This document shows positions 17,110-27,773 of a stretch of DNA of 64,000 bases, in pieces. The position numbers and the translations under genes were made by a program. The stretch spans positions 84,873 to 148,872 of the IMG/VR virus record IMGVR_UViG_3300027608_000014. One strand, given 5' to 3'. How positions within the stretch are numbered: position 1 is the first letter of the stretch; the number at the start of each line of letters is the position of its first letter. The notes below the pieces were generated by a model. It saw only the letters and a list, made by a program, of their open reading frames with translations, did no database searches and was not told where the DNA came from. Source of the DNA: a virus.

Positions 17110-17486
17110 AAAAAGCACTAGCCAAATCCTGGGTCACGGCCCTCCGTAGCGGCAAATTCAAACAAGCAACAGGCGTACTAAAAACCACGGCAGACGCTCC
17201 ATGCCACTGCTGCCTTGGCGTTCTCTTGGAAGTATGCACCCAACAAAAGACATTCCAGGATCATCATAAAGAGATGAACTACGAACTAGAGAACAATACA
17301 TTGCTCAATGACGACATACTCGAGTTAGTAGGCCTTAGCAGTGACAATCAGTTCTTTCTTATCACCCATAATGATGGCGAAACCGATCCTTATACAAACA
17401 AAAATTGGCAAAAGTGGAGCTTCAATAGAATTGCCACCTGGATCGAGAAGAAGTTTGTAACCTCAACCAAGACAAAATCCAAGTAA
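17106..17486 (+). CDS. hypothetical phage protein
   Basis: WVTALRSGKFKQ...CCLGVL...ND...SFNRIATWIE, a recurrent phage family pattern. Confidence 0.6.
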   Translation: MKKALAKSWVTALRSGKFKQATGVLKTTADAPCHCCLGVLLEVCTQQKTFQDHHKEMNYELENNTLLNDDILELVGLSSDNQFFLITHNDGETDPYTNKNWQKWSFNRIATWIEKKFVTSTKTKSK

Positions 17487-18499
17487 TGCACAAGACTAAC
17501 ATTGGCATCTTTAAGATTGCCCAAACCCGCGTCAACTGGCCAGCCGTTGCTGAATGGCTGACCTTCATCGGAGTCCAACTGCCCCTCGACGTAATCGGCC
17601 AGATTGGCACAGATGACGCCATGGACTTCATCGACCTACAAATGGGAGCCGGAGCGGGCGAAGGATGTCCGCCCGCTGTCGGAACTGATGCCTCCGCTCT
17701 CGTCGCTCTCTGCGGCAAGCGCTGCTACGCCAGCTTCGAGGTCGGGCTCAACCCCAACGTCTCGAAGATCCGCACCGATCATGCCGAGTATATCACTAAT
17801 GTACTCAAGAGTGGACATGGGTCTGTTTTGGAACATGCCACTTGGAGCTTTGCCATCGAGAACGTCAGCCGGGTCTTCACTGGTGAGATGAACCGTCATC
17901 GTGCCGGTGTTGCAATCAGTGAAGCGAGCATGCGCTATATCCGGTTTGACGACATTGGATTCACGATGCCGTCATCGCTAGAATTAACGCCCGAAGAAAG
18001 GGCGGCATTGCTGGAGGTGCGCGATGGCCTTGGTGGTGATCCAAACGATCTCGAGGGAATTGCAAGCCTTGTCGATCAAGAGTTAAATTTTCTGCAAACA
18101 GTTCTTTCTGAGTCTCAATTAGAGAAGGCAAAAGAGGGAGCCCGCAAAGTGGTCGCGTCGTCTATTTTTGCATCCGCATTCGCCAGTATGCAGAAGTGGA
18201 ATCTCGACCTCTGTAATATCTGGAAGATCGAGGAGATGACCGACTTCACCAAGAAGAAGCAACTCACCAGCATGTTCCGCCGGATCATCGGGATGGGTGT
18301 TTCTACTGGCGGTGTTTGGACTTTAAACGCTCGTGCCCTTCGTCACATCCTGGCGCTTCGAGGCTCTGTCCACGCCGAGGAGGAGATCTTTCACGTCTTC
18401 TCTAGGATTGCGGATATCATGATAGCCGACGAGCCATTGCTCTTCGGGGACTTCGTGAGAACTGAAGAGGGCTGGGTTCCTAAGTACCTTAAGGTCTAA
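17486..18499 (+). CDS. thyX: FAD-dependent thymidylate synthase
   Basis: GHGSVLEHA, SRVFTGEMNRHR...SEASMRY, NARALRH..LR. Confidence 0.9.
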   Translation: MHKTNIGIFKIAQTRVNWPAVAEWLTFIGVQLPLDVIGQIGTDDAMDFIDLQMGAGAGEGCPPAVGTDASALVALCGKRCYASFEVGLNPNVSKIRTDHAEYITNVLKSGHGSVLEHATWSFAIENVSRVFTGEMNRHRAGVAISEASMRYIRFDDIGFTMPSSLELTPEERAALLEVRDGLGGDPNDLEGIASLVDQELNFLQTVLSESQLEKAKEGARKVVASSIFASAFASMQKWNLDLCNIWKIEEMTDFTKKKQLTSMFRRIIGMGVSTGGVWTLNARALRHILALRGSVHAEEEIFHVFSRIADIMIADEPLLFGDFVRTEEGWVPKYLKV

Positions 18500-18514
18500 T
18501 ATCTATTCAGCATC

Positions 18515-20593
18515 ATGAAAGCTAAAAAACTTCATCTAATAAATTACTGTCAACATCGTGATCTAACGGTGGAGTTTGATCCTGACGCCGGTCTCGTTGG
18601 GATCGTTGGAGAGATGGGCGCCGGTAAGAGCAATGTTGTTGGCGCCATCGCAGCAGCCATCTCCGGAAACTTTGACCGCAACAAAAAATCTCGCCTAGTA
18701 ACTCTAGGCGAGAAGGTTGGCAGCATTGACTTTAATATAGAGATTGAGCCTGGAGTTAACTACAACGTCTTCAGGAGCCTGAATACGTCTAAGGCCACGG
18801 TCGTTACTCCTGACGACGAAATCTCTGGAGCGGACTCTGTAACCCAGTTCTTACTTGATCGACTGCAGGTGGATCAGAGTGTTCTACAGAATATTGTATT
18901 TGTGAGACAGACCGAGATTTCTGAAATCCTATTTTGCCCTCCTAGTGAGCGAGATCGAATGGCAAGCAAGTTCTTTGGGTTAGAGAAAGCCGTGGCACTT
19001 GAGAAGGACATCTCAACTCGAATTAATGGGATCAACCTGATTACCCTTCCAGAGTCGGTGGCAAAGATTCGACAGAAGATCGGGCTTGCCCTTGATCGAG
19101 AGGCTATTTGGTCAGAAGAACTCAAGAGAATCGGAACCCCTGACACTGAAGAGCTCAAGTTACTTGAGACAACTCTAACACTCTATCTAGCTAATAACAA
19201 AGAGAGCGATGATCGAAAAGAATACGTAAGACACAGAGACGAGTTAAGGGCCAAGATTAAAACTCTCAACTCAACCTCTCTGAAGGACTCTATAGACGCA
19301 ATCCCAATTGACCGACTCAGGAGCAAGCTGAGTGAGGAACAGCGCAAGGCTGATCTGTATGCTCGAAGAGCAACCCTCAGTAAGGAGAAAGCTCGATTTA
19401 TTTCTGAGATAGAAAAGATCGGCTTGTCGCCAGTATTTGCTCAGGAGATCCAGGATCTGGAAATAGACATAGATCGAATCTCCAGACAGGAGTCAGTCAA
19501 TGAATCAGCTGTAACTCTTCGACAGCAGATGCTTGCAAAGATGAGCGCAGGCATAGCTCCAATCTGCGATACCTGCAATTCTCAGCTCTTACCAACGGGC
19601 TTACGTGACATGCAGAGTTTGGTGGATAATGATACATCAAAGAAAAAAGACACAGCGCGTCTGGCTTCACTCAGAGGCTCTCTATTACTGATGCGTCAGC
19701 GCCTTCTAGAATGGGAGAAAAGATCCTCGACGCCAAAGACCAGACTTCAAGAGGCGATCGACGAAGAGACATCCCTGGGTGAAGACCAGGGACCTGGAGA
19801 CCCAGAAAAGTGGAAAGGCATGATTGATACCTATAACGGCATGACCAAGAAACTAGCCAGCGACCAGGAAGAACTCGAGGATCTGCAGAAAACCCTTGAT
19901 GGGCTTTTAGAGCCTGACAGAAGTAATCAACAGGTTCCTGAGGACTTCGATCCTAGTGCGGCTCAGCTTAGGTCTCTTCAGATTCAGGCCCATATTCGCA
20001 ACACTCAAAAGGCTCAAGAGGAGCTAGTGATCGCTAAGACGGAACTAGAACTTCTCAATCAGAGCTTAGAGCGCGCCATAGCCATTGAGACTGAGAATTC
20101 AATACAGTCTGCCCTAAAGGTTAGTCTGATTCGTATTCGTCAGCAGTTTCATCCCGATGGGGCTCCCAGAGAGTTGATTGGTCGAAGGATTGAAAGAATG
20201 GAGCACAAGATCAATGAGTTGCTCTGCGCCTTCGATGCCAAGTTTACAGTATCAGCTAGTGGCGGATTTAGTTTTCTCGCTCACTTTAATAATAAAGCCG
20301 GGTCTATTGAGGCCGCCGAGCTGAGTGGTGGTGAAAAAATTATGCTTTCCATCTGCTTCAGAATTGCCTGTATTCAGACGTTCAGCAGTTCTGTTGGATT
20401 GATGGTCCTAGACGAGCCCACAGTGTGGTTGTCTAAGGCCGGAGTTGCTTCTTTTAAGAGGGTGTTGGATCGTATGAAGTCAATGTCTAAGGAATTAGGC
20501 TTTCAGTTTCTTATTATCACACACAGCGATGAGTTACTTGAATGCTTTGATCAAATCATAAACCTAGATGACCACAACAATAAACCTATGTAA
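18515..20593 (+). CDS. sbcC: SbcC/Rad50-like ATPase
   Basis: GEMGAGKS, coiled coil with CDTC hook, LSGGE, LDEPT, ITH. Confidence 0.92.
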   Translation: MKAKKLHLINYCQHRDLTVEFDPDAGLVGIVGEMGAGKSNVVGAIAAAISGNFDRNKKSRLVTLGEKVGSIDFNIEIEPGVNYNVFRSLNTSKATVVTPDDEISGADSVTQFLLDRLQVDQSVLQNIVFVRQTEISEILFCPPSERDRMASKFFGLEKAVALEKDISTRINGINLITLPESVAKIRQKIGLALDREAIWSEELKRIGTPDTEELKLLETTLTLYLANNKESDDRKEYVRHRDELRAKIKTLNSTSLKDSIDAIPIDRLRSKLSEEQRKADLYARRATLSKEKARFISEIEKIGLSPVFAQEIQDLEIDIDRISRQESVNESAVTLRQQMLAKMSAGIAPICDTCNSQLLPTGLRDMQSLVDNDTSKKKDTARLASLRGSLLLMRQRLLEWEKRSSTPKTRLQEAIDEETSLGEDQGPGDPEKWKGMIDTYNGMTKKLASDQEELEDLQKTLDGLLEPDRSNQQVPEDFDPSAAQLRSLQIQAHIRNTQKAQEELVIAKTELELLNQSLERAIAIETENSIQSALKVSLIRIRQQFHPDGAPRELIGRRIERMEHKINELLCAFDAKFTVSASGGFSFLAHFNNKAGSIEAAELSGGEKIMLSICFRIACIQTFSSSVGLMVLDEPTVWLSKAGVASFKRVLDRMKSMSKELGFQFLIITHSDELLECFDQIINLDDHNNKPM

Positions 20594-21362
20594 AAATGGA
20601 TGGGCAGAAAGAACACGAAAAGAAGAAAACAACCGTCGCGTTCGCATGGCTCTGTCAGAGAACATTTTAAGCTCAGACGAGTATCGAATGCTGTGCTTTC
20701 CGGCAGAGGGCTGGCTCTTTGAGCTGAGTCTGATGGATCGATTTGCTAGCGCCAAGTTCTCAATTACGGGACTGGAGTATAGCAAGAAGTTCTTTGATAA
20801 GTTCTACGCCACAGGAAATAGCATCAAGAAGGCAATTATAGATCAAGGAGACAGCACAGAGATCATTATTCCTGATCAACCATGCAGCCTTGAAAAGTAC
20901 GCAAGAACGTTCTCTGATAAGCCTTTCAATTTGATCTATGCTGACTGGATGGGAACCTGGGGCCTCACAAAGAAAAACGAGGTTGAACTCATCATGCAGA
21001 ATCGTATGATTGTATCAGGTGGACATCTGCTGATTACAATCAGCATGTGGAGGGGCGGTCGAGGACCATGTCACGAAGAGATTGCGGATCAAGTAGTTAG
21101 ACACATGGAGTTTCCTTCCCAGAAGGAGCCATTTCTTGTTGATAATAGTACTATTGAGTTTATCAAGTTGTCCAAGCATGGTAAGGAAAAAACATTTGGC
21201 GTTACACAGGTTATCAAGGATCTAGCTTCTGCCCATGGGCAAATGGCGACCCTTCAACAGGTATATTGTTACAAGGAGCCTAATGTTAAAAAGACAAAGA
21301 CGGCCCCATGTAAGACGTATATGCCGATGATAAGTATGCTTTTTCAAATTGATGAAGTGTAA
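20568..21362 (+). CDS. hypothetical protein, possible methyltransferase-like fold
   Basis: ITGLE and FNLIYADWMG resemble Rossmann MTase strands; no clear GxGxG. Confidence 0.45.
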   Translation: MTTTINLCKNGWAERTRKEENNRRVRMALSENILSSDEYRMLCFPAEGWLFELSLMDRFASAKFSITGLEYSKKFFDKFYATGNSIKKAIIDQGDSTEIIIPDQPCSLEKYARTFSDKPFNLIYADWMGTWGLTKKNEVELIMQNRMIVSGGHLLITISMWRGGRGPCHEEIADQVVRHMEFPSQKEPFLVDNSTIEFIKLSKHGKEKTFGVTQVIKDLASAHGQMATLQQVYCYKEPNVKKTKTAPCKTYMPMISMLFQIDEV

Positions 21363-22080
21363 CGCACGAATCCTCAGAACAAGTCATGCCTACGGCAACA
21401 TTGTCATGGATGCCCATAGCCCCTCGGACCTACTCAGCAATAGCTCCTACACTGCAGAAGGTCACACACACAAGAAAGAAAATTGTAACTATAATCTCAA
21501 AGACTTTGACAAGGTCGTAGACGTAGACAGTAAGCCTTGGATCGTAACCTACACAGGAAAGAAGTATTGCCTTACCGATCCAGATCCAGGCAGTATTGAC
21601 GTTGAGACAATTGCTCACTCACTAAGCTTACTTTGCCGGTTTGCTGGGATGACTCGAGAGTTCTATAGTGTTGGAGATCACTCACTCCATGTGTGCGACC
21701 TACTCAAGGACATTTACCCCGACGACTACAGGCTGCAACTTCACGGACTAATTCACGACTTCACTGAAGGCCTGGGTCTAATGGATTGTATCCGACCACT
21801 CAAGGAGTTACTGCCGGTCTATCAGGACCTAGAGGCTAAAACTAAAACTGCAATCTATGCAGCCTTTGACCTGCTCATGCCTACTGATCAACAGGAGGTA
21901 CAGGTCAAGTGGGCAGACAACACCATGTTGGCGACCGAAGGACGAGATCTCTTGAACGATGGAGGCTACCAGTTAATTATCATTGAGCAGCCTCGAGCTG
22001 AAATTGTCAGGCCAAGACATCAGACCTTTGTTGAACAAGAGATAATTGCTCAGTACCTGAGACTACGAGCTTTAGTATGA
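21349..22080 (+). CDS. HD-domain 5'-deoxynucleotidase (YfbR/YfdR-like)
   Basis: IAHSLSLLCRFAG, FYSVGDHS, LIHDFTE, WADNTMLATE. Confidence 0.85.
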   Translation: MMKCNARILRTSHAYGNIVMDAHSPSDLLSNSSYTAEGHTHKKENCNYNLKDFDKVVDVDSKPWIVTYTGKKYCLTDPDPGSIDVETIAHSLSLLCRFAGMTREFYSVGDHSLHVCDLLKDIYPDDYRLQLHGLIHDFTEGLGLMDCIRPLKELLPVYQDLEAKTKTAIYAAFDLLMPTDQQEVQVKWADNTMLATEGRDLLNDGGYQLIIIEQPRAEIVRPRHQTFVEQEIIAQYLRLRALV

Positions 22081-22532
22081 AGACGGTAGGATTCACTGGA
22101 ACACAGAAAGGATTTACCGACGCGCAACGGGACACCTTTGAATGTTTGATTAAATCGATCAAGGTCTCACAGTTCCATTCTGGTGACTGCATTGGTTGTG
22201 ACGAGCAGGCTTTTAAGATCGTACAGAAGGCGCATCCTAATGTCTGGATGGTAGTTCATCCACCGATCAAGCGACAGAAGAGGGCATTCTATAAACCCAG
22301 GCCGAACAGTGGTAAGATCCGTGAACCCCTAGACGGTCTTGTGCGTAATCACAATATTGTAGAGGAAACTAACTTGCTGATAGCCACTCCTGGGGAGATG
22401 ACGGAGAAACTTAGATCTGGTACTTGGGCGACAATCCGATGGGCCATAAAGAAACATAAGACAGCGGTGATTGTTTTTCCTGATGGAACGACTGAGTTAA
22501 AAAAAACCTATGAAGATCGACGACGCCTTTAA
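22077..22532 (+). CDS. SLOG-superfamily (DprA/YspA-like) protein
   Basis: VGFTGT, HSGDCIGCD, RNHNIV, SGTWATIRWA. Confidence 0.75.
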   Translation: MKTVGFTGTQKGFTDAQRDTFECLIKSIKVSQFHSGDCIGCDEQAFKIVQKAHPNVWMVVHPPIKRQKRAFYKPRPNSGKIREPLDGLVRNHNIVEETNLLIATPGEMTEKLRSGTWATIRWAIKKHKTAVIVFPDGTTELKKTYEDRRRL

Positions 22533-23127
22533 TATCACAATGAAGACACTGCAGACGCTAAGTAATAGCGGTCACGACGTGATCTATGATTCGCTACAGA
22601 TGACTGATCAAGAAATTTATGAACTTGAATTTGATGATCGTCCACGAATTCATCCTCTAAAGTGGACACTGGTCAGTATTAGCACCACAGACCAGGCTCA
22701 ACTTGCTGCCGTGCAGCAAGCAGAAAAAGAGCTAGAGGAACTAGGAATCTTCTTTGATAAAAAAGGCTCCTGGGAGGGAGACCCCACATGTCTGGCTTCT
22801 ACGCGTGACTGGGAAATTGATTGGTCCTTTGGTGTAACAGATGCCGATGAGTCTGGCCCTAAAATCATCGAACTTCCGTGCTTTGATATTAAGATTCAGC
22901 TGTATGCCGATGGTCTCAGTGGAGAGATCTCCTCGAACCTAAAAGAGAGCAAAGAGGACGCCGAGTGCGATGGAGCACTCCAGCACTACAACACGGCCAT
23001 TCAGACCGTCCTCAATTTGATCCTGGCCCACGCCATTGCCGGTGTAGACATCCAGTCAGCAGCCTATCTTGAAGGAATTGATAGCACAGTATTTCACATA
23101 CAAGATCACTTAGAAGGCAATGAGTGA
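22510..23127 (+). CDS. hypothetical acidic protein
   Basis: ORF overlapping both neighbours. Confidence 0.55.
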   Translation: MKIDDAFNITMKTLQTLSNSGHDVIYDSLQMTDQEIYELEFDDRPRIHPLKWTLVSISTTDQAQLAAVQQAEKELEELGIFFDKKGSWEGDPTCLASTRDWEIDWSFGVTDADESGPKIIELPCFDIKIQLYADGLSGEISSNLKESKEDAECDGALQHYNTAIQTVLNLILAHAIAGVDIQSAAYLEGIDSTVFHIQDHLEGNE

Positions 23128-24565
23128 GCCAATCCAGCTGACCTCCGAAAAGGGGACCTTAAGGATATCAAGAGCCCTGCCAGAACTGACGAGCGTCCTG
23201 AGCTTCAGGCACACATTTGAGAAGCCTGGGGATACAGTTACATTCCGAGACAGGAAGACCGGAAAGGAAAAGACTATCGTCAAGCGTGGCAAGATCACCA
23301 GTCAGATCGAGCCGCTCTACATCGTTGGATCTGATAATTGTCTTTATACTCACGATGGATGCCTCTCCATGGTAATAGATACGTTGGTCAAACTAGGATT
23401 TCAGTATGAGTACGAGAGACTGAATCCGCAATGGCCAACGTACATAATTAATCGCGATGTCGTTAAAGGTCTATATCCAAACCAACGAGAAGGCATCGTA
23501 AGGTTACTCCTCTCTGTTGGCGGAGGCATGCTGGAGGCAGCAACCTCTATGGGCAAGACTAGGGTTATTGCAGCCTTGGTCAGAGCTTACCCAAATGAAA
23601 AGATCGTTATCATGACGCACCGACAATCTGTTGTTCGGGGTCTGGTAGCTAATCTAAATGACCTCCTCAAGGAGGACAAAATCGACGTGGGCATCTGTCA
23701 GGGTCCCAATCAGCGCCACACTAGAGTTACCGTCTCAACCATTGGCAGTGCCCATCATCTGGACGCTGGAGAGTGTCGAATATTTATCGCAGATGAGGTT
23801 CATCGCTTTGCCTCAGAGTCTGCCGCAGATACAGTTCTAAGTTTTACCAGGGCAGTAAAGTACGGAGTATCAGCAACTATCTCAGGAAAGTTTGCTGGAA
23901 CAACTAAGTTTCTCGAGAGCCTCTTTGGGCCAATCGTCTTTAAGGTAACTGACCAGGAGCTTGAGAGTGACGGCAAGGTTCCTCCAATTGACGCCTACTT
24001 CCTGTCTAATCCAGAGGGGCCAAGCGTAGACTTTCTTAATGGACCAACCCAAAAGAAGAGAGGTATCTGGGAGAATCTTCAAAGGAACATGTTGATCAAA
24101 CAAGTTATTGACCTAGCCCCAACAGACCAGCAGCTCCTGGTATTTGTGGAGACAAAGAAGCATCTTGATCAGATCGTACGTTTGTGCCCTGAGCTGGAGA
24201 TCTGTCACGCTGATCTGGGCGCCAAGGCCAGAAAGAGCATTGAGGAAAGGTTCACCTCTGGACAGGCTAAGCGAATCATTAGCACAGACTGTCTCTCAGA
24301 GGGAGTTGACCCCAGAGCCCTGATGATCATGATCGACGCTTCAGCAGTAAGAGGCGATTCTAGTCTAGTTCAAAAACGAGGAAGACTTCGCCGTCCAGGC
24401 AAAGCTAAAGGGGTCTTGATCAACTTCATGGATGAGTTTTCCGAAGTTTTTAATGCCAGAGCAGAAAAGAGAATCAAGGACCACAAATCCAGAGGAGACA
24501 CTGTCATTGAGATGGCCACCCCAGAGCAGATAAAATTCTTGGGTAGCTCTATTGATCCAGAGTAA
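23120..24565 (+). CDS. SF2 (UvsW-like) helicase
   Basis: TSMGKT, DEVH, SAT, SEGVD, QKRGRLRR. Confidence 0.9.
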   Translation: MSEPIQLTSEKGTLRISRALPELTSVLSFRHTFEKPGDTVTFRDRKTGKEKTIVKRGKITSQIEPLYIVGSDNCLYTHDGCLSMVIDTLVKLGFQYEYERLNPQWPTYIINRDVVKGLYPNQREGIVRLLLSVGGGMLEAATSMGKTRVIAALVRAYPNEKIVIMTHRQSVVRGLVANLNDLLKEDKIDVGICQGPNQRHTRVTVSTIGSAHHLDAGECRIFIADEVHRFASESAADTVLSFTRAVKYGVSATISGKFAGTTKFLESLFGPIVFKVTDQELESDGKVPPIDAYFLSNPEGPSVDFLNGPTQKKRGIWENLQRNMLIKQVIDLAPTDQQLLVFVETKKHLDQIVRLCPELEICHADLGAKARKSIEERFTSGQAKRIISTDCLSEGVDPRALMIMIDASAVRGDSSLVQKRGRLRRPGKAKGVLINFMDEFSEVFNARAEKRIKDHKSRGDTVIEMATPEQIKFLGSSIDPE

Positions 24566-24918
24566 ATAAGGAGAGATCAGGGCAGACCTATTGGAAACAT
24601 CCCAAACAAAGCAATTCTTATTCACTACTCGTTCTACTTAGGACGTCTCGCGTGCCGCTCGAACATCCAAAGTAGAACGATGTGTTCTTAATAACTTTGG
24701 TTTGAGCTTTGTCGCAGCAGTCGCTTTGCTCCTGTCTTGCGCCGCAGGCTCAAACAAAGAACGCATGATGTGTGCGCGTCTGAAAAACCATTCGCGAAGG
24801 TAATTCAGTGTTCTGTGATCGTCAAATTGATATTCAAATTATTTTTGAAACAAGGTCATTTTACTCTGGAGAGGGTCTGTTAAGTTGACTTGACAAAAAA
24901 TTGATAAAAAACAAATCA

Positions 24919-25137
24919 ATGGCTAATAAAGAAATTAAGGGCAAGAGATGGGAATTGGTTCGGGACCTGTATCCTCCAAAGCTGGACAGTAAGAAGAAAC
25001 AATTAGAGGAGGGTCGTGGTTATGCAAGATATCCAATCAAACGATTCGCTGAAAGTTGCTCAGCCTGTAATCGAACAGGAAGGATCATTGGAATCAACGG
25101 AAAATATAAACCATGCCCACGCTGTATAGATAACTAA
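24919..25137 (+). CDS. small Zn-finger protein
   Basis: CSACNRTG...CPRC. Confidence 0.5.
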   Translation: MANKEIKGKRWELVRDLYPPKLDSKKKQLEEGRGYARYPIKRFAESCSACNRTGRIIGINGKYKPCPRCIDN

Positions 25138-25231
25138 ATTACCGCAAGACTAATCCATTTCTGACCGTGAAATTTATACCCCAAAACCCCTAGACGTCCT
25201 TGGAAGACGAGCCCTATTATTCACAGTCCAC

Positions 25232-25894
25232 ATGCCAGAGAACACCGAATCTAAGGAGCGAAAGCTCATCACAATTGAGACAGCGCTAAAGGCTAGATAT
25301 CAATCAAGAAGAAGGATTACCCAACCATCTTATGTATCAGGCCCCAAGAATGACCTCAACTTTCAGAGGGCCGCTGATAAGGTACTGGATCTGGGAGCAG
25401 ACCCAGAGCAGTTTGTTGACGCCCTGTTCAACAGTTGGGCTGGAGAGCACCCACCCTCTCCTGCTAACCTAGCCTCTCCCCAAGCAGTTGAGGCCTTTGA
25501 GAAGCTTGAGGTTGAAGAGAGGTGTCCTCCTGAGCTCGAGTTTGAGGCTCAGAAGCGCTACCTGACTAACTACGTCAAGAGAGCCAAGCTGACCAAGGAC
25601 GAGGTTTTTCTTGCTCCTTGGACAAATCTGAGGTCTTACTTCAGATGCCTCTTCTGCTCAGACCAGATCCGTGATGATGTACTTTTCATGTATGGCAAAG
25701 TAGGCAGGGCTCAGATCGAGGAGGACACCTCACTAAAAAAGTACCTAGAAAAACTGTGTCCCAAGAACCTAGATCGGTTTTTAGAGCCTCCTTGCTATCA
25801 CATTCCTGAGGCAGTTGACGAGGAGCTACCAGCGGCCACAAGTGTAGAAAATTCTTGGGAGAACCAGCCTGAACCGGTAAGACTATGTCGCTAA
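25232..25894 (+). CDS. hypothetical protein upstream of helicase (possible loader/initiator)
   Basis: Overlaps dnaB start; function inferred from position only. Confidence 0.55.
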   Translation: MPENTESKERKLITIETALKARYQSRRRITQPSYVSGPKNDLNFQRAADKVLDLGADPEQFVDALFNSWAGEHPPSPANLASPQAVEAFEKLEVEERCPPELEFEAQKRYLTNYVKRAKLTKDEVFLAPWTNLRSYFRCLFCSDQIRDDVLFMYGKVGRAQIEEDTSLKKYLEKLCPKNLDRFLEPPCYHIPEAVDEELPAATSVENSWENQPEPVRLCR

Positions 25895-27339
25895 AAGCCA
25901 GCGGATATTACGATAAAAAATATCAGGAGTGCATGGTTGCCCATGTTCTCCGGTCCAAGAGAATGATTGAGGCTATGATAGCCGGTCAGATATCTCCGAA
26001 CGACTTTGACCTGAATATTCATAAATCCATTATTACAGCGGCTATAGAAGTTCTGCAGACAATGGGCAGTACTGAGATAGTTCCTCTTACGGCTCTGATG
26101 GTGCCTCTTCGCTTGATGATCACAGCTGACATCGTTAAAATCGATGAGGTTCCTGCTCTTAAGGTTGCTCTGGCCAACATGTATAGTATGGAGCTGGCTC
26201 CTAACTATTACGAGAAGGGGCTTAGAGAGTTCCTCAAGCAGCAACGAGTTCTTCGCGCTTATAATACGGCAAGTATTGGAGACATCGACGCACTGCAGGC
26301 CAACCTAGAGAACGCTATTGCAAGCTCTAGTTTTGGGATTGGGGTTACCCACAGGCCTCTACTTGATGTTCAATTGGGTGAGCCGGAAATTCCGGTTCCC
26401 TGCGGAATATCCAGCATCGACCAAAGAATGAAGGGCGGGCTTGGCCTTAAGCGGTCTATGCTTATTTGCGCCTTTACCGGGATGGGTAAAACAGCCCTGG
26501 CCATCAACTTTGCACTGGCGTCTGCCTTGCAGGGGTTTCCTTCTCGCATCGTCCAGACAGAGCTACCTAAAGAGGAGATGAATCAACGCATGCTGTCTTG
26601 TGCTGCCAGGTACAGTTACGACCTGGTTCAATTTAGCGATGCAGACGAGGATGACATCTTAGGTCTTGGAACTGAATTCGATCCTGGAATTAGTAGAGAT
26701 CAGATTCGACGCAACATCCAGGAAAGGTTGGCTCGAATCCCTGCTCGTCTCCTTGGTAACTACGGCCTATACGACTTCTCAGAGAAGACTTGTACGATCC
26801 AATTGATTGCCGATGAACTACATCGAGACCAAGATCTTAACCCGGAGAATCCGCCTAGGGTTCTCGACGTTGACTGGCTGGAGTGTATCGATCTTCCGCC
26901 AACCAATAATCGAGAAAAGCAAATCCAATCTATTAAGATTCAAGACCTTAGGCATAAACTTGAGAAAACCAGTGAGCTGTTCACTAGACTATGCGTCAAT
27001 GAAAACGTCGCTGGCCGAATGTACACTCAATCCGACTTTGCGGCTGAAGGCAAATCAGTAGTAAAGATGTCCAACAAGAGTGAGGGTAAGGGCGCCTCCA
27101 GACGCTACTCGTGGTTCTTGGGCGCAGGTGCCTCAAACGATGAGTTGAAAAGAAATATTTTAACAATTACAGCCGGTAAGGCCAGAAATGGTCGGCTCTT
27201 CAGTACGAAAATTAAGAGGGCTCTCCATGAGCAGCGCTTTGAAGATATGGCCGCTCATGAAGAATGGGTGGAGATCGACAATGTAATGCGAGAGCTTGAT
27301 GGCAATCAGTTTGCCCCAATAATAAACTCAACACTATGA
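25885..27339 (+). CDS. dnaB: DnaB-like replicative helicase
   Basis: PCGISSIDQRMKGGL, AFTGMGKT, TEL, VDWLE, KARNG. Confidence 0.88.
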   Translation: MSLKASGYYDKKYQECMVAHVLRSKRMIEAMIAGQISPNDFDLNIHKSIITAAIEVLQTMGSTEIVPLTALMVPLRLMITADIVKIDEVPALKVALANMYSMELAPNYYEKGLREFLKQQRVLRAYNTASIGDIDALQANLENAIASSSFGIGVTHRPLLDVQLGEPEIPVPCGISSIDQRMKGGLGLKRSMLICAFTGMGKTALAINFALASALQGFPSRIVQTELPKEEMNQRMLSCAARYSYDLVQFSDADEDDILGLGTEFDPGISRDQIRRNIQERLARIPARLLGNYGLYDFSEKTCTIQLIADELHRDQDLNPENPPRVLDVDWLECIDLPPTNNREKQIQSIKIQDLRHKLEKTSELFTRLCVNENVAGRMYTQSDFAAEGKSVVKMSNKSEGKGASRRYSWFLGAGASNDELKRNILTITAGKARNGRLFSTKIKRALHEQRFEDMAAHEEWVEIDNVMRELDGNQFAPIINSTL

Positions 27340-27773
27340 ACTTGAATACAACAGCATTCACACATGAACAGGCACAAGCGATCGCTTTAGTAGCACACGC
27401 CGGTCAACTCAGAAGAGATGGCGTCACACCTTACGCTAATCATCTACAAGCGGTGGTTGGCAAACTAGAGGGTAACGATGCCAAGTGCGTTGCGTGGCTA
27501 CATGATGTTCTTGAGGATACGGCTCTAACTGAGCAGGATCTCTGCGACAAAGAGGTGCCTGAGCATATAATTGCGGCCATCAAGTTGCTGACTAAGAAGT
27601 CCAATCAGTCCTACGAGGACTATCTCAAGGGTATTACAGAATCTACTCTGGCAATCACTGTCAAGATGTCCGATATGATGCACAATCTGAGTGATACTCC
27701 GACTAATAAGCAAAAGGAAAGGTATGAAAAGGGTCTAAAGTTCTTTTGGGATTTTTTGGCATCGTCAATTTAA
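27336..27773 (+). CDS. RelA/SpoT-type HD hydrolase (small alarmone hydrolase-like)
   Basis: AHAGQLRRDGVTPYANH, WLHDVLEDT, VKMSDMMHN. Confidence 0.85.
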   Translation: MNLNTTAFTHEQAQAIALVAHAGQLRRDGVTPYANHLQAVVGKLEGNDAKCVAWLHDVLEDTALTEQDLCDKEVPEHIIAAIKLLTKKSNQSYEDYLKGITESTLAITVKMSDMMHNLSDTPTNKQKERYEKGLKFFWDFLASSI

